This document shows, piece by piece, positions 26,747 to 36,777 of a stretch of DNA of 62,486 nucleotides. The stretch comes from Gammaproteobacteria bacterium (GTDB lineage: Bacteria; Pseudomonadota; Gammaproteobacteria; HIGHO2-12-38-15). The notes beneath the pieces were generated by a model. That model was not told the DNA's origin, did no database searches, and saw nothing but the letters and a program-made list of their open reading frames with translations. The position numbers and the translations under genes are program-made. Location: NCBI GenBank assembly GCA_016218405.1, contig JACREE010000012.1, positions 1 through 62,486 of the forward strand. The letters run 5' to 3'. Positions within the stretch are counted from its first letter, which is position 1; each line of letters starts with the position of its first letter.

Positions 26747-27644
26747 GCGCTGCCCCCTGCATAGACAGCAAACCCGATCGTCCTTCAACACTACCTTGAA
26801 TGAAGTCACAAACAGGCGTTGTTTGTTTATTTTCAAGATAGGGTTGAGCGATTTCCGCCAAGGTTTTAAAAACAACGCCTTTTTTCTTAGCAGCAATCAC
26901 AAAGCGCTCCATAAAAGCCAATTGAGCCATGCCTTCGATTTCTGTGTGAACAGTAAAGATGTTAGGTTGATCTGTCTTCAATAAACCCATGTAATAATCT
27001 ACCAGCGTAGATTCAGGATAATCAGGCCGACCCAATAATTCATCCAAGGTGGGGAGCGTAGTGGGCAGCTGCAAAGCCTGAAATGTTTGTCCCTCAATAT
27101 GGGGAAAAAAGGGAGACGTGCCACGACAATCACTGGCATAAACCAAGTGTTGAGCATCATACGCACGAAGTGTTTTCACGTTCGCTTGCCAGCCAGCCGC
27201 ACCCGCTGTTTTGGCAGGAAAACGAAAAACATCGAGAAAAGTATCGCAAGCACGTTTGAATTCTGCCTGGATTTTATCCTCGGGCAAGGTAGAGACTCCA
27301 TCTTGCCAATACGTATGATCATACGAGTGGATACCCACTTCAAAACCATGCCGACAAGTAGCTTGCATCAATGCAGCGTGACGTTTGGCAATGAAAGGGC
27401 CCGGCCATAACACGCCATTCAATAAAGTTCTCAAACCATAGGTTTTTAGCACACTGGTGCGCGATACTTTTTTTAAAAAACCGGGTCGAAAAATACGTTT
27501 TAAAGCGCGACCAGTATTATCTGGCCCGAGTGTAAATAAAAAAGTAGCGGGTATATTGTGGACTAGAAATAATTTTTCTAAATTGGGTAAGCCAATTCGT
27601 GTGCCTCGTTCTGTATCTATGTCAACTTTAATACCCAACAACAT
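26712..27644 (-). CDS. arnD: ArnD-like polysaccharide-deacetylase-family deformylase/deacetylase (4-deoxy-4-acylamido-L-arabinose-phosphoundecaprenol)
   Basis: 310 aa. GIKVDIDTERGTRIGLPNL...FLFTLGPDNTGRALKRIFRPGFLKK parallels the E. coli ArnD N-terminus. Adjacent to arnC. Confidence 0.85.
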   Translation of the reverse strand: MLLGIKVDIDTERGTRIGLPNLEKLFLVHNIPATFLFTLGPDNTGRALKRIFRPGFLKKVSRTSVLKTYGLRTLLNGVLWPGPFIAKRHAALMQATCRHGFEVGIHSYDHTYWQDGVSTLPEDKIQAEFKRACDTFLDVFRFPAKTAGAAGWQANVKTLRAYDAQHLVYASDCRGTSPFFPHIEGQTFQALQLPTTLPTLDELLGRPDYPESTLVDYYMGLLKTDQPNIFTVHTEIEGMAQLAFMERFVIAAKKKGVVFKTLAEIAQPYLENKQTTPVCDFIQGSVEGRSGLLSMQGAALTFDSLSQINT

Positions 27645-27646
27645 GG

Positions 27647-28570
27647 CTAGTTTTCCAATATATTTTTAATTAAATAACGAGGGCGACGTCTCACTGTTTG
27701 ATAAATACGACCAATGTATTCACCCAAGATGCCCATTCCCATTAATAAAACACCCACTAAGAAATATAAAATAGCAAACAGGGTGAACATGCCTTCTGCT
27801 TCAGGTCCGACAATAAGTCGTCTGATAAACATGTAGATCACAAAGGCAGTGCTGACGAGTGAGACGCAGATACCTACGAAGGTAAATAATTGCAAGGGAA
27901 CCAAAGAAAAACCTGTCATCAAATCAAAATTCAAACGCATTAAGCGATAGATATTATATTTTGATTTTCCTACTGTGCGTGCATCATGATTGACTTCAAC
28001 TTCGCCTGGATGACTCGAAAAACTATAGGCTAAAGCAGGGATAAATAAGGCAGATTCTTCACATTGCGTCATCAGATCAACGATGTGGCGTCGGTAGGCG
28101 CGCAGCATGCTGCCTTGATCCTCCATTTTTATCCCTGTTATTTTATAACGAATTTTATTATTGAGTTTAGAGGCGTAGCGACGAAAGCGATTGTCTTGTC
28201 GTTCTTTTCGAATACCGCCGACTGAATCACAACCTTCTTCAATTTTGGCAATCAGTTTAGGTATTTCTTCAGGTGGATTTTGTAGATCAGCATCAAGTGT
28301 GACAACGATGTCGCCGCGAACACGTTCAAAACCAGCCATGATGGCGCGATGTTGCCCAAAATTACCATTAAAGTTAATAACGCGCAGCTTATCCGGCCAT
28401 TGTTTATAAAGTTGCTGTAATAGTTTTTCCGAACCATCTGTGCTGCCATCATTTACCATGATGATTTCATAGGGGTGATGTAATGAATCCAGGGTGGTAA
28501 TCAATCTTTCACACAGTGATCGTAAATTGCCTTCCTCATTAAAAACAGGAATCACAATACTTAGCTTCAT
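27647..28570 (-). CDS. arnC: ArnC-like GT2 undecaprenyl-phosphate amino-arabinose transferase
   Basis: 307 aa with LSIVIPVFNEE and DADLQNPPEEI motifs and two C-terminal TM helices. Confidence 0.88.
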   Translation of the reverse strand: MKLSIVIPVFNEEGNLRSLCERLITTLDSLHHPYEIIMVNDGSTDGSEKLLQQLYKQWPDKLRVINFNGNFGQHRAIMAGFERVRGDIVVTLDADLQNPPEEIPKLIAKIEEGCDSVGGIRKERQDNRFRRYASKLNNKIRYKITGIKMEDQGSMLRAYRRHIVDLMTQCEESALFIPALAYSFSSHPGEVEVNHDARTVGKSKYNIYRLMRLNFDLMTGFSLVPLQLFTFVGICVSLVSTAFVIYMFIRRLIVGPEAEGMFTLFAILYFLVGVLLMGMGILGEYIGRIYQTVRRRPRYLIKNILEN

Positions 28571-28581
28571 CTTTTCTCCTT

Positions 28582-28944
28582 TTAATTAGTGCGGGCGATG
28601 AGATAAACCCCAAAAATAATGACAAAAATACCCATAATTCGGGTCAAGGATAAATATTCATTAAAAATAATGGCGGCACTGATAGCCGTTGTGATGTAGG
28701 CCAAGCTCGAGATAGGGTGAGCTACGCTAACAGGGACACGAGAAAGCACGATAATCCAAACTCCTACGCTGACCACGTAGCAACACAGGCCTAGAAATAG
28801 ATAAGGATTGGAGATTAGGTTGATGAACGATTCATACCAATGAGACCAAGAAAGTACTTTCAGTCTATCGGCCCCAGCCTTAAGCAAGAGCTGAGCGGCG
28901 GTATTAATCACAGAAGAAATCAGAATAAGGGCGAAAGTGGGCAT
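28582..28944 (-). CDS. ArnE/ArnF-like SMR-fold flippase subunit
   Basis: 120-aa, 4-TM protein lying between arnC and arnT. Only one copy is present. Confidence 0.65.
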   Translation of the reverse strand: MPTFALILISSVINTAAQLLLKAGADRLKVLSWSHWYESFINLISNPYLFLGLCCYVVSVGVWIIVLSRVPVSVAHPISSLAYITTAISAAIIFNEYLSLTRIMGIFVIIFGVYLIARTN

Positions 28945-28991
28945 AGTTTTTCAAGTCTAATTAAAGATTGACTATAATCCTCTAAACTTTA

Positions 28992-30641
28992 TCAATGTTC
29001 AACTTTCAGCGGATGATTGGTGATTAAGGCATCGCTCTCATCTTGGTCAATGACATAGAAAGTATGCAATTTAGAAAGTTTATCGAAATCGCGCTTATTC
29101 ATGACAAGGTAAATGGTCTGGGGCCCTGTCCATAGAGGCCAAAATGCTGCACTACTCATGCTCAGCTCCTCAGCATGTTGATGAGCCATGCCAAAACTAA
29201 GCTCATTATCCCAGTCAACGATAGTGATCAGTCTGTTTAAATAAAAGGGCATGTCTTGATAATAATGATGGTAGGAAACTACTCTATCGTGTGGTTTGGC
29301 ATGGGTTTTTATTTTCATGATTAAGGGTTTGATACTGGTGCTGCCGATGTGGGGAGTCAGCGTCACCAATGTCAGGTTAAAAATAATCGCCCACGATAAG
29401 ATTACCCCATAAGCCCGTTTTAAATCACGATTTAAATAAATATAGCTGATGAGTGTTCCTATCACTAATACAACACCTAAAAACAAAACAGTTATTTTAG
29501 CTTCACTGGCAACAAAATATTTTTTTGAAGCGATATAGATAGCGACTAATAAGATGAAGCTTAACAGGCTTAAGAGAAGAGAGGCGCCTCGGCTTTTTTG
29601 ATGAGATGAAAGATAATGTGCTATCAAAAGAGAAAGCGGGGGGAAAACGGGTAAAATGTAAGGGATGAGTTTTGATTTTGATGCAGAAAAAAATAAAAAA
29701 ACGATGCCTGCCCATAAGAGAAGAAACAACTCATTCGAATATTTTTTTTTATTTTTCAGGACCTTTTTAAGAGAAGAACTTAGGGCTTGAACTAGAAAAA
29801 CAGTCCAGGGAAAAAAGCCGGCCAAAATGATCACCAAAAAAAACCATGCAGGTTGATAGCGTCCTGCGGATAGCGTAAAAAACCGTAAAAACTGTTGTTC
29901 AATGATATAAAAATTAAAAAACTCAGGGTGTTGGATTTGAACTAAGTAATGCCAGGGGATGATAATTACCGTAAACAACAAAATGCCTGTGAAAAGAGAT
30001 AAATTTTTTAGTTGTTTCCAACGATTTAATAGAAGTAACCAAGAAAATAAAATGGCGCCTGGAAGTAACACGCCCACCAAGCCTTTTGTTAATACAGCTA
30101 AGCCTGTAAATAAATAAAAACCATAACAAAAAACAAGCTGTTTTTTTTGTGAAGGCGGTAAGTTGAGTGCGAACAATAAGCAGCTGAGGGAGGCTGTTAA
30201 TATGCAACTGAGCATCATGTCGATCGTCAAAACATGTGCCATCGAAAAATAAAGTAAACTGCTTGCCAAAATTCCCGCTGCCATTAGCCCCGTTTGGCGT
30301 GTATATATGTATCGCCCCAAACAATATGTAATTAGGCATCCAAGCAAGGCAAATAAAGCGGTGGGCGTACGAGCCGCCCATTCATTGAAGCCACCTATCT
30401 TAAATGATAAGGTTTGAGCCCAATATAAAAGAGGCGGTTTTTCAAAGTAGTTAATGCCATTTAAATGAGGGGTAATAAAATCGCCGCTCACCAACATTTC
30501 TCTTGGAATTTCGCTGTAACGTGCTTCATCAGGCGAGGCGAGGGGGCGATTACCTAAAGCAAAAAAGAAAAAAAAGCCGATCAAACAAAAAAGAATAAAT
30601 ATATCTTTTAACCAAGTGAGTCGGTGATTTTTCATTTTCAT
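28992..30641 (-). CDS. arnT: ArnT-like GT83 lipid A 4-amino-4-deoxy-L-arabinose transferase
   Basis: 549 aa and polytopic. The N-terminal loop motif is PDEARYSEIPREM...YFEKPPLLYW. Confidence 0.88.
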   Translation of the reverse strand: MKMKNHRLTWLKDIFILFCLIGFFFFFALGNRPLASPDEARYSEIPREMLVSGDFITPHLNGINYFEKPPLLYWAQTLSFKIGGFNEWAARTPTALFALLGCLITYCLGRYIYTRQTGLMAAGILASSLLYFSMAHVLTIDMMLSCILTASLSCLLFALNLPPSQKKQLVFCYGFYLFTGLAVLTKGLVGVLLPGAILFSWLLLLNRWKQLKNLSLFTGILLFTVIIIPWHYLVQIQHPEFFNFYIIEQQFLRFFTLSAGRYQPAWFFLVIILAGFFPWTVFLVQALSSSLKKVLKNKKKYSNELFLLLWAGIVFLFFSASKSKLIPYILPVFPPLSLLIAHYLSSHQKSRGASLLLSLLSFILLVAIYIASKKYFVASEAKITVLFLGVVLVIGTLISYIYLNRDLKRAYGVILSWAIIFNLTLVTLTPHIGSTSIKPLIMKIKTHAKPHDRVVSYHHYYQDMPFYLNRLITIVDWDNELSFGMAHQHAEELSMSSAAFWPLWTGPQTIYLVMNKRDFDKLSKLHTFYVIDQDESDALITNHPLKVEH

Positions 30642-31255
30642 GTAACTTGTTCTGCTAAAGCGAGTGTTAATGCAATCTGAGCAATGCGCTTACCATAATG
30701 TTTACACAAGCGAATTTCTTCATCCGTGAGGGTATGCTTGCTTTCTGGTCCTGATACATGCGAAGGGCCATAAGGTGTGCCACCGCTTTTTGTGGTGCGT
30801 AGGTCAGGTTCAGTCGGGGGGAGCCCCACCCATATCATGCCTTGATGTAGTAACGGTAGTATCATGGATAATAGGGTTGTTTCTTGCCCCCCATGCATGT
30901 TGGAGGTGGAAGTAAATACGCCTGCAGGTTTACCTGACAGGGCGCCTGATAACCATAACCCACCTGTGCTATCGATAAAGTACTTGAGTGCGGTGGCCAT
31001 GTTACCAAAGCGGCTAGGACTACCTAAAATTAAGCCCGCGCAATCACGCAAATCGTCTAGGGTGACATAGGGTGGGCCTTGTTCTGGCAGCGTGGCTGTG
31101 GGTGGTTCATCTAAGCCGGTAAAAACACGAGGTACGGTGCGCACACGTACATCCAACCCCTCCACTTCTTCTACGCCCCTTGCCAACTGTTGTGCCATCT
31201 TAGCGGTGGAGCCAGTAAGGCTGTAATACAAAATTAAAATATAAGGTTGACTCAT
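30638..31255 (-). CDS. wrbA: WrbA-type NAD(P)H:quinone oxidoreductase (flavodoxin-like)
   Basis: 205 aa with ILILYYSLTGSTAKMA and a flavodoxin-like fold. Its end overlaps the arnT start by 4 bp. Confidence 0.8.
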   Translation of the reverse strand: MSQPYILILYYSLTGSTAKMAQQLARGVEEVEGLDVRVRTVPRVFTGLDEPPTATLPEQGPPYVTLDDLRDCAGLILGSPSRFGNMATALKYFIDSTGGLWLSGALSGKPAGVFTSTSNMHGGQETTLLSMILPLLHQGMIWVGLPPTEPDLRTTKSGGTPYGPSHVSGPESKHTLTDEEIRLCKHYGKRIAQIALTLALAEQVT

Positions 31256-31750
31256 TTAGTGTGACTCTTTGCGTTTTAATAAAATAAAGCTGAAAGGATA
31301 AAGATGCTTGTCATCCGCAGGAAAGTCTTCTTGGCTTATGATCTCCCATTCATGCCTATCCCAGGACGGGAAATGGATGTTACCTAAGATGGGCGTCGGG
31401 ATCAAAGTGAGATAAAAATAGGTCGCAAGAGGAAGGGCGTGAGCAAATAATGCTGCACCACCTATCACAAATACTTCCTCTGCTGTTTCTGTTTGAGCCA
31501 GCGCCTCTTCAAAAGAGTGAACAATCATGCAGCCGGGTGCAAACAGGTTTTTTTGTTGGGTAAGCACAATGTTTTGTCTGTTGGGCAGCGGGTGTCCTAT
31601 GGACTCAAATGTTTTTCTACCCATAATGACGGGTTTATGCAGGGTAAGTGCTTTAAAATGTTGTAAATCTTTGGGAAGATGCCAAGGAAGTGCATTATTT
31701 TTTCCAATGACGCCATCCGCTGTCATGGCCGCAATAACCGAAAGTATCAT
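31256..31750 (-). CDS. folA: Dihydrofolate reductase
   Basis: 164 aa with VIGKNNALPWHLPKDLQHFKALT..PVIMGRKTFESIG. Its stop abuts the wrbA start. Confidence 0.95.
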   Translation of the reverse strand: MILSVIAAMTADGVIGKNNALPWHLPKDLQHFKALTLHKPVIMGRKTFESIGHPLPNRQNIVLTQQKNLFAPGCMIVHSFEEALAQTETAEEVFVIGGAALFAHALPLATYFYLTLIPTPILGNIHFPSWDRHEWEIISQEDFPADDKHLYPFSFILLKRKESH

Positions 31751-31867
31751 TTTGTATTTCTCGCAAAACCGGATAAACTAGCGTCTTTTGTGTGCGTCGG
31801 ATTAACGCGACGTTTTGTTGACTAGAATGCCGTAGTTCTTTAAAAAAATCGAGACATAAGGTCCGCT

Positions 31868-33373
31868 GTGATGCAAAAGATAATCGAAAAAGGTGTTTGT
31901 TTTGTTGTTTTTTTATTGTTTAGCACCCTTTGTTTTGCTGAATACAAAACACCCCCTACCTTACCTTACCCCACCATCGATTACAGCAAACTAAACAACG
32001 CTGATATCGTTAAAAAAGGGGAGTACCTTGCTAAAGCGGGTGATTGCATCGCTTGCCATACCAACACAGACCAAGAAGGTGCGCCTGTTTTTGCTGGAGG
32101 CCTGGGGATTAATACGCCTTTTGGTGTGTTTTATACGCCCAACATCTCACCTGATAAAAAAACAGGTATTGGCAATTGGTCTGATGCAGATTTTATTAAA
32201 GCGATGCGTGAAGGTTTAAACCCTCACAATGAAAATTACTTCCCTGTTTTTCCTTATCTTTATTTCAACAAAGTGTCTGATGAAGATTTATTAGCCATCA
32301 AGGCTTATCTTTTTAGTATCCCTGCGGTGGAATATACCCCACCTAAAAACAGTGTGGGTTGGCCCTTTAGCGTGCGTTTTCTGCAATGGGGTTGGAAAAT
32401 GATGTTTTTCTATCCAGATAGTGGCCCCTTCAAAGAAAATCCTCGCTATTCTAAGCAATGGAATCGGGGCGCTTATTTAGTAAAAGGTTTGGGACATTGC
32501 AGCATGTGTCATACGCCACTTAATCCTTTTGGTGCCCCTAAAACGGCTTATTATTTAGGCGGGGGAGTGGTAGATAACTTTCCTGCGCCTAATATTACCT
32601 CGGTGGGGCTCAAAGATTTTAGCGCTGAACAAGTGAAAAATGTCTTCCTTCAAGATCAAATGTTAGGTGGGGGTAAGATTGAAGGCCCCATGTTGGATGT
32701 GAACCACAATAGCCTGCGTTATTTGTCACAAGAAGATTTAGACGCCATCGTTTTTTACTTAAAAACAGTGAAAAGTAAACCCCTGCCTAAGCCCAAAGTT
32801 AGTTCGGGTGCAGGTTTAGGTAAGGGTATTTATGAAACTTATTGCGCTGCCTGCCATGCTTCAGGCGCAGCGGGCGCACCCGTCGTGGGCGATCAAGCCG
32901 CTTGGGCGCCTCGTATAAAGATAGGGATGGATGCGCTCTATCACAATGCAATAAACGGTATAAATGCCATGCCAGCGAAGGGTACCTGCACGAGTTGCAC
33001 TGATCAAGAAATTCAAGCCGCAGTTCAATACATGGTGAAAACCAGTGAAGCAGGTTCAGAGGCAGAGGTGAATGTGCCCGTCAGTATGCCTGCGCCTACG
33101 GTCAATCTTGAGAACGGCAAAAAAATATACACAGAAACCTGCAGCACTTGTCACACGAAGGGTCAGTTAGGTGCGCCAAAGCTAGGTGATAAAGCCGCCT
33201 GGGCACCCCTCATCAAACAAAACATGGATGTATTATTTGCGCACACGCTATCTGGTTACAATAACATGCCTGTGAAAGGTGGTTGCCAAACCTGTCAGAA
33301 CAGCGACATCATGGATGCGGTGGTTTATATGGTTCAACAAAGCAAGCAGGGTGGTGACTACTTATTATGGTAA
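31868..33373 (+). CDS. Tetraheme c-type cytochrome (diheme N-terminal module plus two cytochrome c5-like domains)
   Basis: Signal peptide and four CxxCH motifs (CIACH, CSMCH, CAACH, CSTCH). Two repeated GAPxxGDxAAWAPxIK...NAMPxKG modules. Confidence 0.85.
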   Translation: MMQKIIEKGVCFVVFLLFSTLCFAEYKTPPTLPYPTIDYSKLNNADIVKKGEYLAKAGDCIACHTNTDQEGAPVFAGGLGINTPFGVFYTPNISPDKKTGIGNWSDADFIKAMREGLNPHNENYFPVFPYLYFNKVSDEDLLAIKAYLFSIPAVEYTPPKNSVGWPFSVRFLQWGWKMMFFYPDSGPFKENPRYSKQWNRGAYLVKGLGHCSMCHTPLNPFGAPKTAYYLGGGVVDNFPAPNITSVGLKDFSAEQVKNVFLQDQMLGGGKIEGPMLDVNHNSLRYLSQEDLDAIVFYLKTVKSKPLPKPKVSSGAGLGKGIYETYCAACHASGAAGAPVVGDQAAWAPRIKIGMDALYHNAINGINAMPAKGTCTSCTDQEIQAAVQYMVKTSEAGSEAEVNVPVSMPAPTVNLENGKKIYTETCSTCHTKGQLGAPKLGDKAAWAPLIKQNMDVLFAHTLSGYNNMPVKGGCQTCQNSDIMDAVVYMVQQSKQGGDYLLW

Positions 33374-34551
33374 TGAAAAATAATTTTCCGGTTTTTATTT
33401 CACGTATCTGTTTGCTGCTGGGATCCTGGTTTTGCATCTCATCTGCCTATGCGGAGAGTCGTATCAATATGCCTCAGGGTGTCACACCGATGAGCCATGA
33501 TATCTATGCTTTACACATGATGATTTTTTGGATTTGTGTATCGATAGGTGTCCTTGTTTTCAGCGTACTTATTTATTCCCTTATCAAATTCCGCAAATCG
33601 AAAGGAGCAGTACCGGCTGATTTCCATGAGCATACTGTGGTTGAAATTACCTGGGCAGTGATTCCGTTTCTTATTTTGGTTGCCATGGCTATTCCTGCCA
33701 CAAAAGTATTAATGCGAATGGATAATACGGATGACGCTGATGTTACGATCAAAATAGTGGGTTATCAGTGGAAATGGAAATATGAATACCTGGATCAGGG
33801 CATCAGTTACTTCAGCAATCTTTCTACGCCTGTTTCGCAGTTAAATAATCAGGCACCGAAAAATGAATGGTACTTATTAGAAGTGGATCGCCCGTTAGTG
33901 GTGCCTATTCATCAGAAAATTCGTTTTTTAGTCACAGCCAATGATGTGATTCACTCTTGGTGGGTGCCTGCTTTAGGTATCAAGCGAGATGCCATTCCTG
34001 GGTATATTCATGAGTCTTGGGCGCGTATTGAAAAAACAGGCACTTATCGTGGACAATGCGCTGAATTATGCGGTGTAAATCATGGCTTTATGCCCATTGT
34101 TGTTGAAGCTGTCACGCCTGAAGCATTTGCAGCCTGGGTACAACAGCAAACGGCAGGCAAGACGAGTTTGCCGCCCGACATAAAAAAAGAAAAAAGTCAG
34201 GCCGAGTTACTCAAGCAGGGGGAAACCTTATATACCACTCACTGTGCGATTTGTCATAAACCCGAAGGGACGGGCATGCCACCGGCTTTTCCTGCTTTAA
34301 AAGGGAGTGTGATTGCAACAGGTCCTGTTAAAAATCATATTGCCATGGTGTTAAATGGTAAACCAGGAACAGCTATGCAAGCCTTTAAAGAACAACTCAG
34401 CGATGAAGACATTGCTGCCATCGTCACTTACGAACGCCATGCTTGGGGTAATGATGATACCCCGCGTTATGGAAAAGAGGCGGGAGGGACGGTTCAAGCG
34501 GCTCAAGTGGCAAGTCAGAGAGCAGAATCTACGCATGAAAAATTAAATTGA
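33367..34551 (+). CDS. coxB: Cytochrome c oxidase subunit II with a C-terminal cytochrome c domain
   Basis: CuA site HSWWVPALG...CAELCGVNHGFM and a C-terminal CAICH heme site. Confidence 0.95.
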   Translation: MVMKNNFPVFISRICLLLGSWFCISSAYAESRINMPQGVTPMSHDIYALHMMIFWICVSIGVLVFSVLIYSLIKFRKSKGAVPADFHEHTVVEITWAVIPFLILVAMAIPATKVLMRMDNTDDADVTIKIVGYQWKWKYEYLDQGISYFSNLSTPVSQLNNQAPKNEWYLLEVDRPLVVPIHQKIRFLVTANDVIHSWWVPALGIKRDAIPGYIHESWARIEKTGTYRGQCAELCGVNHGFMPIVVEAVTPEAFAAWVQQQTAGKTSLPPDIKKEKSQAELLKQGETLYTTHCAICHKPEGTGMPPAFPALKGSVIATGPVKNHIAMVLNGKPGTAMQAFKEQLSDEDIAAIVTYERHAWGNDDTPRYGKEAGGTVQAAQVASQRAESTHEKLN

Positions 34552-34599
34552 TGGGTCAACAAATTTCCCCTTAGTTCTGTTTTATTTTTTGGAGAAGCA

Positions 34600-36198
34600 A
34601 TGAGCACAGCCGTAAATGATGTCCACGAACATGAGCACGAACACCCTGAAGGTTTTTGGGGTGTTCTGGGGCGATGGTTATTTACCACCAACCATAAAGA
34701 TATTGGCACACTTTATTTGTGGTTGAGCTTTATCATGTTTTTTGTAGGGGGAGCAATGGCTTTGGTCATTCGTGCTGAACTTTTTCAGCCGGGTGCGCGC
34801 ATTGTTAGTCCTGAATTTTTTAATCAAATGACAACACTCCACGGTCTGATCATGGTATTTGGGGTGGTGATGCCTGCCATGGTGGGGTTAGCAAATTGGC
34901 AAATCCCCATGATGATTGGTGCGCCCGACATGGCGTTGCCTCGTCTAAACAATTGGAGTTTTTGGATTCTTCCTTTTGCTTTTTCTTTGTTGATGAGCAC
35001 CTTCTTTATGTCGGGTCCTGCGCCTGATTTTGGTTGGACTTTCTACGCACCTCTCTCAACGACGTATGGTCCTAAAAGCACGGATTTCATGATTTTTTCG
35101 ATTCACCTGATGGGATTATCTTCCATCATGGGTGCGATCAATGTGATCGCGACCATTTTTAATATGCGTGCGCCTGGCATGACGCTCATGAAAATGCCTA
35201 TTTTTGTTTGGAGTTGGTTGGTTACGGCCTTTCTGCTCTTAGGTGTTATGCCCGTTTTGGCGGGGGCAGTCACCATGATGTTAGCGGATCGTCACTTTGG
35301 CACGAGTTTTTTTAACGCAGCCGGAGGCGGTGATCCTATTTTATTCCAGCATGTCTTTTGGTTTTTTGGACACCCTGAAGTGTACATTCTCATCATGCCT
35401 GCTTTTGGTGTGATCTCTGAAGTCGTGTCTACCTTTAGCCGGAAAAAAATATTCGGTTATCGTTTTATGATTTACGCTATTGTGGCAATTGCACTTTTGT
35501 CCTTTATCGTCTGGGCTCACCATATGTTTACCGCGGGCATTCCGTTGGTAACAGAATTGTTTTTTATGTATGCCACCATGTTAGTGGCTGTTCCCACCGG
35601 GGTGAAAGTGTTTAATTGGGTCGCTACTATTTTCAAAGGATCAATTTCATTTGAAGCACCCATGTTATTTGCGATTGCTTTTCTATTTTTATTTACCATG
35701 GGTGGTTTTTCCGGACTCATGCTTTCTATCGTGCCCGCAGATTATCAATATCAAGATACTTACTTTGTGGTGGCGCACTTTCATTATGTGCTCATTCCTG
35801 GTTCGATCTTTGCTATCATGGCAGCCATCTACTATTGGTTACCGAAATGGACAGGGCATATGTACAATGAAACCATGGCCAAATGGCATTTCTGGTTAAC
35901 TGTGATCTCCATTAACATTACTTTCTTCCCCATGCATTTTCTGGGTTTAGCCGGTATGCCAAGACGTATCCCTGACTATGCGTTGCAATTTACAGATTTT
36001 AATAGAATTGCAACGATAGGGGCGTTTATTTTTGGTTTTTCACAATTATTATTTTTAATTAATGTAGTGAGAACTGTGCGTGGCCATGGTCCACGTGTGG
36101 GTGCGAAAGTGTGGGAAGGTGCGCATGGTTTGGAGTGGACCTTACCTTCTCCGCCACCTTACCACAGTTTTACTGTGCCACCTGAGATAAAAAATTGA
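34600..36198 (+). CDS. ctaD: Cytochrome c oxidase subunit I
   Basis: 532 aa with 12 TM helices and the motifs WFFGHPEVYI and HHMFT. Confidence 0.98.
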   Translation: MSTAVNDVHEHEHEHPEGFWGVLGRWLFTTNHKDIGTLYLWLSFIMFFVGGAMALVIRAELFQPGARIVSPEFFNQMTTLHGLIMVFGVVMPAMVGLANWQIPMMIGAPDMALPRLNNWSFWILPFAFSLLMSTFFMSGPAPDFGWTFYAPLSTTYGPKSTDFMIFSIHLMGLSSIMGAINVIATIFNMRAPGMTLMKMPIFVWSWLVTAFLLLGVMPVLAGAVTMMLADRHFGTSFFNAAGGGDPILFQHVFWFFGHPEVYILIMPAFGVISEVVSTFSRKKIFGYRFMIYAIVAIALLSFIVWAHHMFTAGIPLVTELFFMYATMLVAVPTGVKVFNWVATIFKGSISFEAPMLFAIAFLFLFTMGGFSGLMLSIVPADYQYQDTYFVVAHFHYVLIPGSIFAIMAAIYYWLPKWTGHMYNETMAKWHFWLTVISINITFFPMHFLGLAGMPRRIPDYALQFTDFNRIATIGAFIFGFSQLLFLINVVRTVRGHGPRVGAKVWEGAHGLEWTLPSPPPYHSFTVPPEIKN

Positions 36199-36755
36199 TA
36201 AAACGATTTTTCAGTAAAAAACATTTGCCTGTCACGCTTTTGGTGATTGCCTTGGCGATGTTTGGTTTTGGTTTTGCTTTAGTGCCCTTATATACACTTG
36301 TCTGCAAAACAACGGGTATTAATGGCAAAACAGCGGGGCCTTCCATCCTGGGTGAACCTGCTGAAATCGATACGAGCCGTTGGGTCACTATTCAATTTTT
36401 GGCGACGAACAATGCGAATTTAGATTGGAAATTTTATCCAGAAACAATCACACTTAAATTGCACCCCGGTGAAAACAAATTAATTTATTATTACGCAGAA
36501 AATTTGTCAGGGCAGGGGATGACGGTGCAAGCGATTCCGAGTGTGACACCGGGTTTAGCAGCTAAACATATAAAAAAAACAGAATGTTTTTGTTTCACGC
36601 AACAAACATTTAAAGCGGGTGAAAAACGTCATATGCCGATTTTGTTTCATGTTGACAACAGTTTGCCTAAAAATATCAATACATTTACCTTGTCATACAC
36701 GCTTTTTAATGCAGATAAATACAAGAAATCGAATCGAACGCTAGGTCGTCCCTAG
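36195..36755 (+). CDS. ctaG: Cytochrome c oxidase assembly protein CtaG/Cox11
   Basis: 186 aa with a TM anchor and the CFCF copper motif (TECFCFTQQ). TTG start overlaps the ctaD stop. Confidence 0.9.
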   Translation: MIKRFFSKKHLPVTLLVIALAMFGFGFALVPLYTLVCKTTGINGKTAGPSILGEPAEIDTSRWVTIQFLATNNANLDWKFYPETITLKLHPGENKLIYYYAENLSGQGMTVQAIPSVTPGLAAKHIKKTECFCFTQQTFKAGEKRHMPILFHVDNSLPKNINTFTLSYTLFNADKYKKSNRTLGRP

Positions 36756-36777
36756 TCGTATGTAGTAAGGGGAAATC

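Noticed and set aside
29503-30381. Same-strand alternative-frame ORFs within arnT (29503-29715, 29923-30381)
   Set aside because: They are fully embedded in the 549-aa ArnT ORF, which has clear family motifs. They are alternative-frame artefacts.
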